A stretch of 64,000 nt of DNA from an uncultured Sphingomonadales bacterium (GTDB taxonomy: Bacteria; Pseudomonadota; Alphaproteobacteria; Sphingomonadales; Sphingomonadaceae). Below, piece by piece: positions 37,415 to 46,594 of this stretch. The notes under the pieces were generated by a model. That model was not told the origin of the DNA and did no database searches. It was given only the letters and a program-made list of their open reading frames with translations. Position 1 is the first letter of the stretch, and every line of letters begins with the position of its first letter. The stretch covers positions 31,101 through 95,100 of the forward strand of contig CALCBC010000066.1 in assembly GCA_937898525.1 (NCBI GenBank), in the 5' to 3' direction. Position numbers and translations under genes: made by a program.

Positions 37415-39079
37415 GTGAGGTACCCTGTCCTTCGCCTTGCCCTGGTCCTGGCCGCCTCGGCGCTGCCTGCGCTGGCGAATGCCCAGGACGCCGGGACGAG
37501 CGAGCTGAACGGCGAAGATGCCGACGGCGTCGAGCGTGCCCGGCGCCGCGCGGAGATCGTCCCCTACATCGAAGCTGCGCAGGTGCTCACTGCCCAGCTC
37601 GAACCGTTTGACGACACGGTGACCTACACCCGCGTCGCGGCCGGAGTGGACGCGAGCATCTCGGGCCGCAACAGCGCGGCGTCGGTCTCGCTGCGCTACG
37701 AGCGCCGATTCGGCTGGGAAGACGGCGATCTCGACGGGGATACGCTCAGCGGCTTGGCCCGCGCCGGCCTCATGGTTGCCGAGGGACTGAAGCTCGAGGC
37801 CGGTGCGCTCGCCGCGCAGACGCGCGTGGAGGGGAATGGCTTCTCCTCTATCGGCGGGACGGCCGGCGACGACGACAACACGAGCCAGGTCTACTCGGTC
37901 TACGCCGGGCCTTCGGTCCACACCGCGGCGGGAGACGTCGAGATCGAGGGCCATTATCGCCTCGGCTACACCCGGGTCGAGGAGCCGGACGTGCTGACAC
38001 TCGCACCGGGGGCGCAACCGGTCGACATCCTCGACGAGAGCACGACCCACATGGCTTATGCACGCGCCGGCACGCGGCCGAACACGGTACTGCCCGTCGG
38101 CGTCGGGCTCGGCGCAGGATACACCCGGCAGGACATTTCCAATCTCGACCAGCGCGTGATCGACAGCTTCGTCCGTGCCGACGTCACCGTCCCGGTCAGT
38201 CCCAACGTAGCGCTGGTCGGGGGCGTCGGCTACGAAGACGTCGAGGTCTCGAGCCGCGATGCCGTGCGCGACACGAACGGCCTGCCGGTGATCGGCAACG
38301 ACGGACGGTTCGTGACTGACGAGTCCGCGCCGCGCCGGATCGCCTACGCGACCGATGGTCTCATCTGGGACGTCGGCGTCATGTGGCGTCCCAGCCGGCG
38401 CACCTCGGCTGAATTCTATGTCGGCGAACGCTACGGGACGATGACCTACCGAGGCAACTTCGCCTATGCACCGAACTCTCGTAGCAGCCTCGACATCTCG
38501 GTTTACGACGGCCTGACCGGAATCGGCGGGGCGATGGTCAACCAGCTGGCGGCGCTGCCCGAGGAATTCGCCGCCTTCCGCAATGCAGTCACGGGCGAGA
38601 TCGGCGGCTGCGTCGCCGCGCTCGAAGGCGGTTCGTGCTTCGCGGGCGCGCTCGGTTCCGTGCGCTCGGCGGTGTTCCGTAGCCGCGGCGTAGCCTCGAG
38701 CTATTCGGTCGATCTCGGCCGGACGCAGTTCGGCGTCGGCGCCGGTTACGATCACCGGAAGTACGTGGGCGCGGCGGGCACGGTGCTCGGGGCGATCGAC
38801 GGACTGGTCGAGGAGACCGTCTGGCTCGCCGCCTATGCCGGAACCCGGCTCGACGAGCGCTCGGCGCTCAATTTCAACGCCAGCGCAAACTGGTTCTCGA
38901 ATTCGTTCGACGTCGACGGCGACGCACTCGGATTCAGCACCTCGCTCGCCTACCAGCGCAATCTGGTCCGCGGACTGAGCGGGACGGCCGCGGTTGGCCT
39001 CGACGGGATCAGCCAGGAAAACCTGCCCGATTTCCTTTCCGCCTCGGCGCTGCTCGGCCTGCGCTACTCGTTCAACTGA
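37415..39079 (+). CDS. PEP-CTERM system outer-membrane beta-barrel protein (TIGR03016-like)
   Basis: Signal peptide, alternating beta-strand pattern, terminal LRYSFN. Position within the EPS cluster fits. Confidence 0.75.
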   Translation: MRYPVLRLALVLAASALPALANAQDAGTSELNGEDADGVERARRRAEIVPYIEAAQVLTAQLEPFDDTVTYTRVAAGVDASISGRNSAASVSLRYERRFGWEDGDLDGDTLSGLARAGLMVAEGLKLEAGALAAQTRVEGNGFSSIGGTAGDDDNTSQVYSVYAGPSVHTAAGDVEIEGHYRLGYTRVEEPDVLTLAPGAQPVDILDESTTHMAYARAGTRPNTVLPVGVGLGAGYTRQDISNLDQRVIDSFVRADVTVPVSPNVALVGGVGYEDVEVSSRDAVRDTNGLPVIGNDGRFVTDESAPRRIAYATDGLIWDVGVMWRPSRRTSAEFYVGERYGTMTYRGNFAYAPNSRSSLDISVYDGLTGIGGAMVNQLAALPEEFAAFRNAVTGEIGGCVAALEGGSCFAGALGSVRSAVFRSRGVASSYSVDLGRTQFGVGAGYDHRKYVGAAGTVLGAIDGLVEETVWLAAYAGTRLDERSALNFNASANWFSNSFDVDGDALGFSTSLAYQRNLVRGLSGTAAVGLDGISQENLPDFLSASALLGLRYSFN

Positions 39080-39103
39080 CGGCCTTCCGGAGACCCCCTA
39101 ACG

Positions 39104-40264
39104 ATGTTCGAAGACTTCTATGGCCTCACCGGAAAGCCCTTCCAGCTGACGCCCGACCCCGCGTTCTACTTCCGCAGCGTGACGCACCGGAAAGCGCTGT
39201 CGTACCTCGGCTACGGCCTTGCGCAGGGTGAGGGGTTCATCGTCATCACCGGCGAGGTCGGTGCCGGCAAGTCGACCCTGGTCGCCCACCTGATGGGCAC
39301 GGTCGATCCGCAGCGCCTGACCGTGGGCCAGGTCGTCACCAGCAAGCTCGACGAGAGCGAGATTGTCCATGTCGTCGCGCAATGCTTCGGGCTCGAGATC
39401 GAAGGTCACGACAAGGCCGGCGCTCTCGGCGCGATCGAGGGTTTCCTGCACGAGGAGGCACGGCAGGGCCGGCGTTGCCTGCTGATCGTGGACGAGGCAC
39501 AGAACCTCTCCGTCGCGGCGCTTGAAGAATTGCGCATGCTGTCGAACTTCCAGCTCGGCAACCATCCGCTGCTTCAGACGCTGTTGCTTGGCCAGCCCGA
39601 GTTCCGTTCAACTCTGCAAGGCGATCCCTCGCTCGAGCAACTGCGCCAGCGGGTAATCGCCGCGCATCACCTTGAGCCGATGGGGCGGAACGAGGTCGAG
39701 CCATACGTGATCCACCGGCTCAAGCAGGTCGGCTGGTCCGGCAATCCGCATTTCGAGTCTGGCGTCTTCGTCCAGCTCCACGCGGCCAGCGGGGGCATCC
39801 CGCGCCGGATCAACCAGATTGCCAACCGCCTGCTGCTGCTCGGTGCGGTCGAGCAACGGACGCGGATCGACGAGATCATGCTGCGCTCGGTACTCGAGGA
39901 AATGGAGACCGAGCGTGCCTACGACGAAGGCCGGATCAAGCCGGCCGTCGCACCGCCACCGGCCGCGGCGACCCCTTCGCCGAAGCCCGAGCCTGCCCAG
40001 GCTCCGGTCGATACGCTGGCGATAACCCAGCTGCTCGCCGAGCGCGACGCGCAGATCGCCGAGTTGCAGCAGGCGGTAGTCGAGCTTGCGGCGCAAGCGG
40101 ATGCGGTCTCGGGGGCCGCAGTCCATCCCGAGATCGAGACGCTGACCGCACAGGTTGCTCGCCTCGAAGCGCGGATCTTCGACCAGGAGCGGGCGATCCG
40201 TCAGACGCTGACGATGCTGATCGAATGGATCGAAGGCGAAATGGAGCAGACCAAGGCGGCCTAG
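39104..40264 (+). CDS. XrtA/PEP-CTERM system-associated ExeA-like AAA ATPase
   Basis: KPFQLTPDP, TGEVGAGKST, IVDEAQNL, GQPE, GGIPRRIN, plus a C-terminal coiled coil. Confidence 0.9.
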   Translation: MFEDFYGLTGKPFQLTPDPAFYFRSVTHRKALSYLGYGLAQGEGFIVITGEVGAGKSTLVAHLMGTVDPQRLTVGQVVTSKLDESEIVHVVAQCFGLEIEGHDKAGALGAIEGFLHEEARQGRRCLLIVDEAQNLSVAALEELRMLSNFQLGNHPLLQTLLLGQPEFRSTLQGDPSLEQLRQRVIAAHHLEPMGRNEVEPYVIHRLKQVGWSGNPHFESGVFVQLHAASGGIPRRINQIANRLLLLGAVEQRTRIDEIMLRSVLEEMETERAYDEGRIKPAVAPPPAAATPSPKPEPAQAPVDTLAITQLLAERDAQIAELQQAVVELAAQADAVSGAAVHPEIETLTAQVARLEARIFDQERAIRQTLTMLIEWIEGEMEQTKAA

Positions 40265-40307
40265 GAGCTGCAGGGCGGCGGCGGATCGCCTGAGAGGGAC
40301 GATAGAC

Positions 40308-41237
40308 GTGAACGCGATCACCTTTCGCGACGGGGCCGATCTCGCGACGACGATCGTCAACGGGCTGTCGGTCGACGTCGAGGACTGGTTCCAGGTCGGC
40401 GCTTTCGAGGGCGTGATCGATCGCGACGACTGGTCGGGTCTCGCCGACCGGGTCGACACCAACGTCAGATCCATCCTCGACATGTTCGACGAGGCCCACG
40501 TCAAGGCCACGTTCTTCACGCTCGGCTGGGTGGCTCAGCGGCACGGTCCGCTGCTGCGCGAGATAGCGCGACGCGGGCACGAGCTTGCCAGCCACGGCTG
40601 GGACCACCAGCGCGTGTTCACGATGGACCGCAAGAGCTTCGGCGAGGACATCGAGCGGGCGCGCAAGGTCATCGAGGACGCCGCGGGCATGCGCGTGATC
40701 GGCTACCGCGCGCCGAGCTTCTCGATCGACCGGCGCACGCCGTGGGCGTTTCTCGAGCTGGCCGAGCGCGGCTACGCCTACTCGTCGAGCGTGGCCCCGG
40801 TTGCGCACGACCACTACGGCTGGCCCGAGGCTCCGCGCTTCGCCTTTCGGCCGATCCCGTGGACGTCGCTGGTCGAGATCCCGGTGACAACCGCGATGTT
40901 CGCCGGCAGGCGGCTCGCGGCCGGCGGGGGCGGGTTCTTCCGCGTGCTTCCCTACGCCTTCAGCCGCTGGGCGATCCGCCAGGTCAACCGGCGCGACGAG
41001 CGGCCGGCGATCTTCTACTTCCACCCGTGGGAGATCGACCCGGGCCAGCCTCGCGTTGCGGGCGCGCCGCTCAAGTCGAAGCTGCGCCACTACACGAACC
41101 TCGATCAGATGGCGCCCAAGCTGCGCCAGCTCGTGCACGAGTTCGCCTGGGGCCGGATGGACCTGCTCGCGCACCGCGAGGCGGCGAGGCTCGACATCGA
41201 AGCGGCGCGCGCCAGGGCCGAGGAAACCTCGCCGTGA
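40308..41237 (+). CDS. Polysaccharide deacetylase, XrtA system (TIGR03006-like)
   Basis: SVDVEDWFQV, ATFFTLGW, HELASHG, YRAPSFS, GGGFFR, FYFHPWE. Confidence 0.9.
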   Translation: MNAITFRDGADLATTIVNGLSVDVEDWFQVGAFEGVIDRDDWSGLADRVDTNVRSILDMFDEAHVKATFFTLGWVAQRHGPLLREIARRGHELASHGWDHQRVFTMDRKSFGEDIERARKVIEDAAGMRVIGYRAPSFSIDRRTPWAFLELAERGYAYSSSVAPVAHDHYGWPEAPRFAFRPIPWTSLVEIPVTTAMFAGRRLAAGGGGFFRVLPYAFSRWAIRQVNRRDERPAIFYFHPWEIDPGQPRVAGAPLKSKLRHYTNLDQMAPKLRQLVHEFAWGRMDLLAHREAARLDIEAARARAEETSP

Positions 41238-42292
41238 ACGCGCCGTTCGCCCTGGCTGCCGAGCGGGTTTCCGCCGTCGACCTCCGCCAGCCCGACGAGG
41301 TGGCGCGGGTCGAGGCGTTCGTCGCCGAAGCCGGCGGCAGCGTGTTCCACCGGCCCGCCTGGCTGCGCGCCATCGAGCGAGGCACGGGCCAGCGCGCACG
41401 AGGGCTGGTGGCGGAGAAGGGCGGGGCGATCACCGGCTGGCTGCCGCTGACCGAGGTCCACTCACCGGTGTTCGGCCGCGTTCTCGCATCGAGCGGTTTC
41501 GCAGTCGAGGGTGGGGCGCTGGCGGCGCGCGAGAGCACGGCTGTTTCGCTGTGCCGCGCGGCGGCGGAATACGCACTGCGCCTGTCGTGCCCGACCGTCG
41601 AGCTGCGCGGCGGCGTTGCGCCCGGGGACTGGGCGGTCCGTACCGACAGCCACTGTGGTTTCGAGCGCCCCTTGGCGGCCGACGACGAGGCGGAACTGCT
41701 GGCGATCCCGCGCAAGCAGCGCGCCGAGGTCCGCAAGGGTCTCGAGAAGGACCTCGAAATCTCGGTCGGAACGGCTGAACCTGACCGGGCGGCGCATTAC
41801 GCGGTTTATGCCGAGAGCGTGCGCAATCTGGGCACTCCCGTGTTCCCACGCTCGCTGTTCGACGCCGTGCTCGACACGCTCGACGCCGACATCCTGACCG
41901 TGCGCCACCAGGGCCGACCGGTGGCCAGCGTGCTGTCGCTGTACCATGGGGGTGTCGTGCTGCCCTACTGGGGTGGCGGGACGTTTGCCGCGCGCTACCT
42001 GCGGGCCAACGACCGCATGTACTTCGAACTGATGCGCCACGCCCGCGCACGGGGCTGCACGCGGTTCGACTTCGGCCGCAGCAAGACCGGCAGCGGGGCC
42101 TGGGCGTTCAAGAAGAACTGGGGCTTCGTGCCCGAACCGCTGAGCTACGCGAGCTGGACCGCCCCCGGCGCCGAGCGGCGCGACGCCGACCCGACGAGTG
42201 CGCGGCACGCGGCGCGGATCGCCCTGTGGAAGCGCCTGCCGCTGGCCGTCGCCAATCGTCTGGGCCCGCCGATCGCCAGGGGGCTCGGATGA
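41234..42292 (+). CDS. FemAB-like GNAT-fold transferase, XrtA system (TIGR03019-like)
   Basis: IPRKQRAEVRKG, NLGTPVFP, YWGGG, FDFGRSK, FKKNWG. GTG start at 41234 overlaps the deacetylase stop. Confidence 0.88.
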   Translation: MNAPFALAAERVSAVDLRQPDEVARVEAFVAEAGGSVFHRPAWLRAIERGTGQRARGLVAEKGGAITGWLPLTEVHSPVFGRVLASSGFAVEGGALAARESTAVSLCRAAAEYALRLSCPTVELRGGVAPGDWAVRTDSHCGFERPLAADDEAELLAIPRKQRAEVRKGLEKDLEISVGTAEPDRAAHYAVYAESVRNLGTPVFPRSLFDAVLDTLDADILTVRHQGRPVASVLSLYHGGVVLPYWGGGTFAARYLRANDRMYFELMRHARARGCTRFDFGRSKTGSGAWAFKKNWGFVPEPLSYASWTAPGAERRDADPTSARHAARIALWKRLPLAVANRLGPPIARGLG

Positions 42293-43512
42293 GCGGGATC
42301 CTGTTCCTCGCGCACCGGCTGCCGTTCCCCCCAGACCGCGGGGACAAGATCCGCTCGCACAACCTGCTCAAGGCGCTGGCGAAGCTGGCTCCGGTGCATG
42401 TCGGGTGCTTTGCCGAAACGCGGGCCGATCTCCACGCGGCGACCGAACTTGCCGGGATTGCCGCGAGCTACTGCATGCCGCTGCGAACGAAATCTCTGCC
42501 CCTCGCGGGGATCGAGGCGTTGCTGCGCGGGGAGCCGGTCAGCCTTGCCGCCTTCCGCCACCCGAAGCTCGCCGGCTGGGTCGCACGCACGCTGGCGGAG
42601 CAGGACGTCGACACGATCTACGTGTTCTCGGGCCAGATGGGGCAGTACGTGCCCGACGACTGGCCCGGGCGGGTCATCGTCGATCTGGTCGACGTCGATT
42701 CGGCCAAGTTCGAAGCCTATGCGCGCGACGCGCGGTGGCCGATGAGCGCGGTCCACGCTCGCGAGGCGAGGTCCCTCCGCGCCGAAGAAGCCCGGCTCGT
42801 CGCGCGGGCCGACCGGACACTGCTGATCAGCGACGCCGAAGCGGCGTTGTTCAGGAGCCGCGTGCCGGCGTCGTGCCATGGGCGAATCGCGGTGCTCGGC
42901 AACGGCATCGATCACGACCGTTTCGACCCCGCCTGGGTCGAGCCCCATCCGGCGCTCTCGGCGCCCGGTCCGCACGTCGTTTTCACCGGGCAGATGGATT
43001 ATCCGCCCAACGTCGAGGCGGCCCGGCGAGGGGCCGAGCGGCTGATGCCGCGCATCCGCGCCGTGCATCCGGAGGCACGGTTCCACCTGGTCGGCCGGGC
43101 GCCGGTGGCCGAGGTGCGGGCACTCGACGGTATCAACGGTGTGCGCGTGTGGGGCGAAGTGCCCGACGTGCGCCCGTTCCTTGCCGGCGCAGACGTCGTG
43201 CTTGCCCCGCTGGCGATCGCCCGCGGCGTGCAGAACAAGGTGCTCGAGGCGATGGCCATGGCGCGCCCGGTCGTGCTCACCCCCGAGGCGGCAACCGGGA
43301 TCGCTGCCGAGGACGGCGTCCACTTCGCCGTCGGCGGCAACGACGAGGCCCTGGCCGCGCGCATGCTGGAGCTGGTCGCCGATCCGGCGAACGCGCGGGT
43401 GATGGGCGAGGCGGCCCGGCGGCGGGTGATCGAGCGGATGGGCTGGCCCGCGATGCTGGCCGAACTGCCCGAGATTGTCGGACTGGGCCCGGAGCGGCGC
43501 GATGCCGCCTGA
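42289..43512 (+). CDS. GT4-type glycosyltransferase, XrtA system (TIGR03087-like)
   Basis: HRLPFPPDRGDKIRS, DLVDVDSAKF, FTGQMDYPPN, RGVQNKVLEAMA. Confidence 0.9.
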   Translation: MSGILFLAHRLPFPPDRGDKIRSHNLLKALAKLAPVHVGCFAETRADLHAATELAGIAASYCMPLRTKSLPLAGIEALLRGEPVSLAAFRHPKLAGWVARTLAEQDVDTIYVFSGQMGQYVPDDWPGRVIVDLVDVDSAKFEAYARDARWPMSAVHAREARSLRAEEARLVARADRTLLISDAEAALFRSRVPASCHGRIAVLGNGIDHDRFDPAWVEPHPALSAPGPHVVFTGQMDYPPNVEAARRGAERLMPRIRAVHPEARFHLVGRAPVAEVRALDGINGVRVWGEVPDVRPFLAGADVVLAPLAIARGVQNKVLEAMAMARPVVLTPEAATGIAAEDGVHFAVGGNDEALAARMLELVADPANARVMGEAARRRVIERMGWPAMLAELPEIVGLGPERRDAA

Positions 43513-44518
43513 CGGGCTCGCCCTGCAGGCGGCGCCCCAGGAGCGGGGCCTGCCCGAAGCCTGGCGCGCGTCGCTGTCGCGGCTCGCCCTTGCATGGATC
43601 GCGCTCGCCGCGCTCGCGTGGGACGCGTGGGCGGAAATGGCGCACCAGTGGTGGGACGTCTCGACCTACAACCACATCCTGCTGGTCCCGCCGATCCTCG
43701 CGTGGCTGGTCCGGCTGCGCTGGTCCGCGCTTCGCCGGCTTGATCCCGTTGCCTGGTGGCCCGGGCTCTTCGCAGTCGCGGCCGGACTGCTGGCGTGGTT
43801 CGCCGGCACAGCGCTGGACGTCAATCTCGTCGCCCAGTTCGGCGCCGTGCTCATGCTGCAGGGCGCGGCGGTCGCGCTCCTCGGGCCGCGGGTGACCGCC
43901 GGGCTGCTGTTCCCGCTCGGCTACATGCTGTTCCTCGTGCCGTTCGGCGACGAGATCGTTCCTGTGCTGCAGCGGATCACCGCCGAGATGGCGGTCAGCC
44001 TCACGCTCGCGAGCGGTGTCCCCGCGGTGATCGACGGCGTGTTCATCGACACGCCGGCCGGGCTGTTCGAGGTCGCCGAGGCCTGCTCGGGAGTGAAGTT
44101 CCTCGTCGCCATGATCGCGCTCGGCACGCTCGTTGCGCACCTGTGCTTCGCCAGCTGGAAACGACGGGCCGTCTTCCTGTCGGTCGCGGTCGTCGTCCCG
44201 GTGCTCGCCAACGGGGTACGCGCCTGGGGGACGATCTACGTCGCCCAGTCGCATGGGATCGAGTTCGCGGCGGGGTTCGATCACATCGTCTACGGCTGGA
44301 TCTTCTTCGCGCTGGTGATGACGGCGCTTCTCGGCTTCTCGTGGCGGTTCTTCGACCGCTCGCCCGATGACCCGCTGGTCGACCTTGACGCGATCGAAGC
44401 CTCGCCAGCGATAGGCCCTCTTGCGAAGTACGAAGTCCACGGCCGACCGGCGCTGCTCGCCATCCTTGCGCTGGCCGCGGCCGGAGTGTGGATGGACCAT
44501 TCGCTGCCGCTTCCCTAA
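43502..44518 (+). CDS. xrtA: Exosortase A (EpsH family) without a C-terminal EpsI domain
   Basis: Multi-TM protein with catalytic triad contexts VAEACSG (Cys), NGVRAW (Arg) and DHIVYGW (His). Ends after about 338 aa. Confidence 0.88.
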   Translation: MPPDGLALQAAPQERGLPEAWRASLSRLALAWIALAALAWDAWAEMAHQWWDVSTYNHILLVPPILAWLVRLRWSALRRLDPVAWWPGLFAVAAGLLAWFAGTALDVNLVAQFGAVLMLQGAAVALLGPRVTAGLLFPLGYMLFLVPFGDEIVPVLQRITAEMAVSLTLASGVPAVIDGVFIDTPAGLFEVAEACSGVKFLVAMIALGTLVAHLCFASWKRRAVFLSVAVVVPVLANGVRAWGTIYVAQSHGIEFAAGFDHIVYGWIFFALVMTALLGFSWRFFDRSPDDPLVDLDAIEASPAIGPLAKYEVHGRPALLAILALAAAGVWMDHSLPLP

Positions 44519-44530
44519 CGTCCAGCGCCA

Positions 44531-46432
44531 ATGTGCGGGATCGCGGGCATCTTCCATTGCGGCACGGCCAAGCCGGTCGATCCCGCCCGGGTCGAGCGGA
44601 TGTGCGACGCGCTTGCGCACCGCGGGCCCGACGGCTCGGGAGTCTGGACCGCGCCGGGCGTGGGCCTCGGCCACCGGCGCCTGTCGATCATCGATCTCGA
44701 GGGCTCGCCGCAGCCGATGGTCTCCGCCGACGGGCGCGCGGTCATCGTCTTCAATGGCGAGATCTACAACTTCCGCGAGCTGCGCCGCGAACTCGAGGGT
44801 CTCGGCACGCGGTTCCGCACGCAGGGCGACACCGAGGCCATCCTCGCCGCCTGGCAGCAGTGGGGCCCGGAATGCCTGTCGCGCCTGCACGGCATGTTCG
44901 CCTTCGCGATCTACGACACCGTCGAGCGCACGCTGTTTCTCGCGCGCGACCGGCTGGGGGTGAAGCCGTTGTTCATGGCGCTGCTGTCGGACGGCAGCCT
45001 CGCTTTCGCCTCCGAGCTCAAGGGGCTGCTCGCACACCCCCTTCTGCGGCGCGAGGTCGATCCGCTGGCGGTCGAGGATTACCTGACCTGGGGCTACGTA
45101 CCCGACCATCGCTCGATCCTCGCGGGTGTCGAAAAGCTGCCCGCGGGTCACTACCGGCTGCTCAGGCACGATGCTCCGCCGGCGGCGCCCGTGCAGTGGT
45201 GGGACGCATCGTTCGCCGAGCGCCGCAGGGGCTCGGAGCGCGATCTCGAGGCCGAGCTGTTGCACCACCTGCGCGAGGCCGTGACGAGCCGGATGGTCGC
45301 CGACGTGCCGCTCGGCGCGTTCCTGTCAGGCGGGGTCGATTCGTCGAGCGTCGTCGCGCTGATGGCCGAGGCGAGCCGCTCGCCGGTCAAGACCTGCTCG
45401 ATCGGCTTCGACGTCGCCGCCGCTGACGAGACGAGCTACGCGGCCAGGGTTGCCGAGCTGTTCGGCACAGATCACCACGCCCGGCGGGTGGGCGCGGACC
45501 AGTTCGGGATGATCGATGCCCTCGCGGCGATGTTCGACGAGCCGTTCGCCGACGCTTCCGCGTTGCCGACCTGGACCGTGTGCAAGCTCGCGCGCGAGAC
45601 GGTCACCGTTGCCCTGTCAGGCGACGGCGCTGACGAGGCCTTCGCCGGGTATCGCCGGCAGGTGTTCCACGCGCACGAGGAGCGGGTCCGCCAGTGGCTG
45701 CCCGCTGGGTTCCGCGGCCGCGTGCTCGAGCCGCTCGGGCGCGCCTGGCCGAAGGCCGACTGGGCCCCGCGTCCGCTAAGAGCGAAGACCACGTTGCTGT
45801 CGCTCGCGGGGAGCGGAGCGGAAGGATACGCTCGGGCGCTGTCGGTCACGCCGCCCGAACTGCGCGAAACGCTCTATTCCAGGGATTTCGCCCGCGGGCT
45901 GCACGGATACCGGGCCGAGGCGGCGCTCGTCGCGACGATGGAGCGAGCGCCGGCGCGGTCGGGCCTCGACCGGGCGCAATACGCCGACCTGCGCTTCTGG
46001 CTGCCGGGCGACATCCTGACCAAGGTGGACCGCACGAGCATGGCGGTGAGCCTCGAGGCGCGGGAGCCGTTGCTCGATCACCGCCTGATCGAATTCGCGG
46101 CCTCGCTACCCGAACGCATGCGCGTGCGCGGACGCACGGGCAAGTACCTGCTCAAGAAAGCGATGCGCCGCTACCTTCCCTCCGATGTCCTCTACCGCCC
46201 GAAGCAGGGGTTCGTGACGCCGATCGCAGAGTGGTTTCGTGGTCCCCTGGCCCGCGAGGCCCAGGGCATCGCGACGAGCGCCGCGCTGGCGCGGACGGGT
46301 TGGTTCGACACGGCGCGCCTCGCGGGACTGGCCGAAGCACATCGCGCCGGCAGGGCCGATCACTCGCGATTGCTGTGGCAACTGCTGATGCTCGACCGCT
46401 CGCTCGTCAGGCTCGGTCTCGCCACTCAATAG
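44531..46432 (+). CDS. Asparagine synthase-like glutamine amidotransferase, XrtA system (TIGR03108-like)
   Basis: N-terminal MCGIAG Ntn motif, HRGPD, FNGEIYN, LSGGVDSS, SGDGADE, KVDRTSMA. Confidence 0.93.
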   Translation: MCGIAGIFHCGTAKPVDPARVERMCDALAHRGPDGSGVWTAPGVGLGHRRLSIIDLEGSPQPMVSADGRAVIVFNGEIYNFRELRRELEGLGTRFRTQGDTEAILAAWQQWGPECLSRLHGMFAFAIYDTVERTLFLARDRLGVKPLFMALLSDGSLAFASELKGLLAHPLLRREVDPLAVEDYLTWGYVPDHRSILAGVEKLPAGHYRLLRHDAPPAAPVQWWDASFAERRRGSERDLEAELLHHLREAVTSRMVADVPLGAFLSGGVDSSSVVALMAEASRSPVKTCSIGFDVAAADETSYAARVAELFGTDHHARRVGADQFGMIDALAAMFDEPFADASALPTWTVCKLARETVTVALSGDGADEAFAGYRRQVFHAHEERVRQWLPAGFRGRVLEPLGRAWPKADWAPRPLRAKTTLLSLAGSGAEGYARALSVTPPELRETLYSRDFARGLHGYRAEAALVATMERAPARSGLDRAQYADLRFWLPGDILTKVDRTSMAVSLEAREPLLDHRLIEFAASLPERMRVRGRTGKYLLKKAMRRYLPSDVLYRPKQGFVTPIAEWFRGPLAREAQGIATSAALARTGWFDTARLAGLAEAHRAGRADHSRLLWQLLMLDRSLVRLGLATQ

Positions 46433-46540
46433 GCACAATCACCTACCGAATTGCGCTGTGTCATTTTGGGAACGTCCCGATCGGACGCGTGCAAGGTGGT
46501 AAATACTTGGTTGCCAACCCCCTAAGTCGTGATAGCATCA

Positions 46541-46575
46541 CGATGCGTTCAAAGAAAAACTCCTTGGACGCATCG
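46541..46575 (+). other. Stem-loop in the leader upstream of the rpfF-like gene
   Basis: cgatgcgttcaa pairs with ttggacgcatcg (12 bp including one G-U) around an A-rich loop. Adjacent palindromes are cgtgat-agc-atcacg and ggttg-c-caacc. Confidence 0.4.
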
Positions 46576-46594
46576 GGTTGCGAACGAGGTGACT

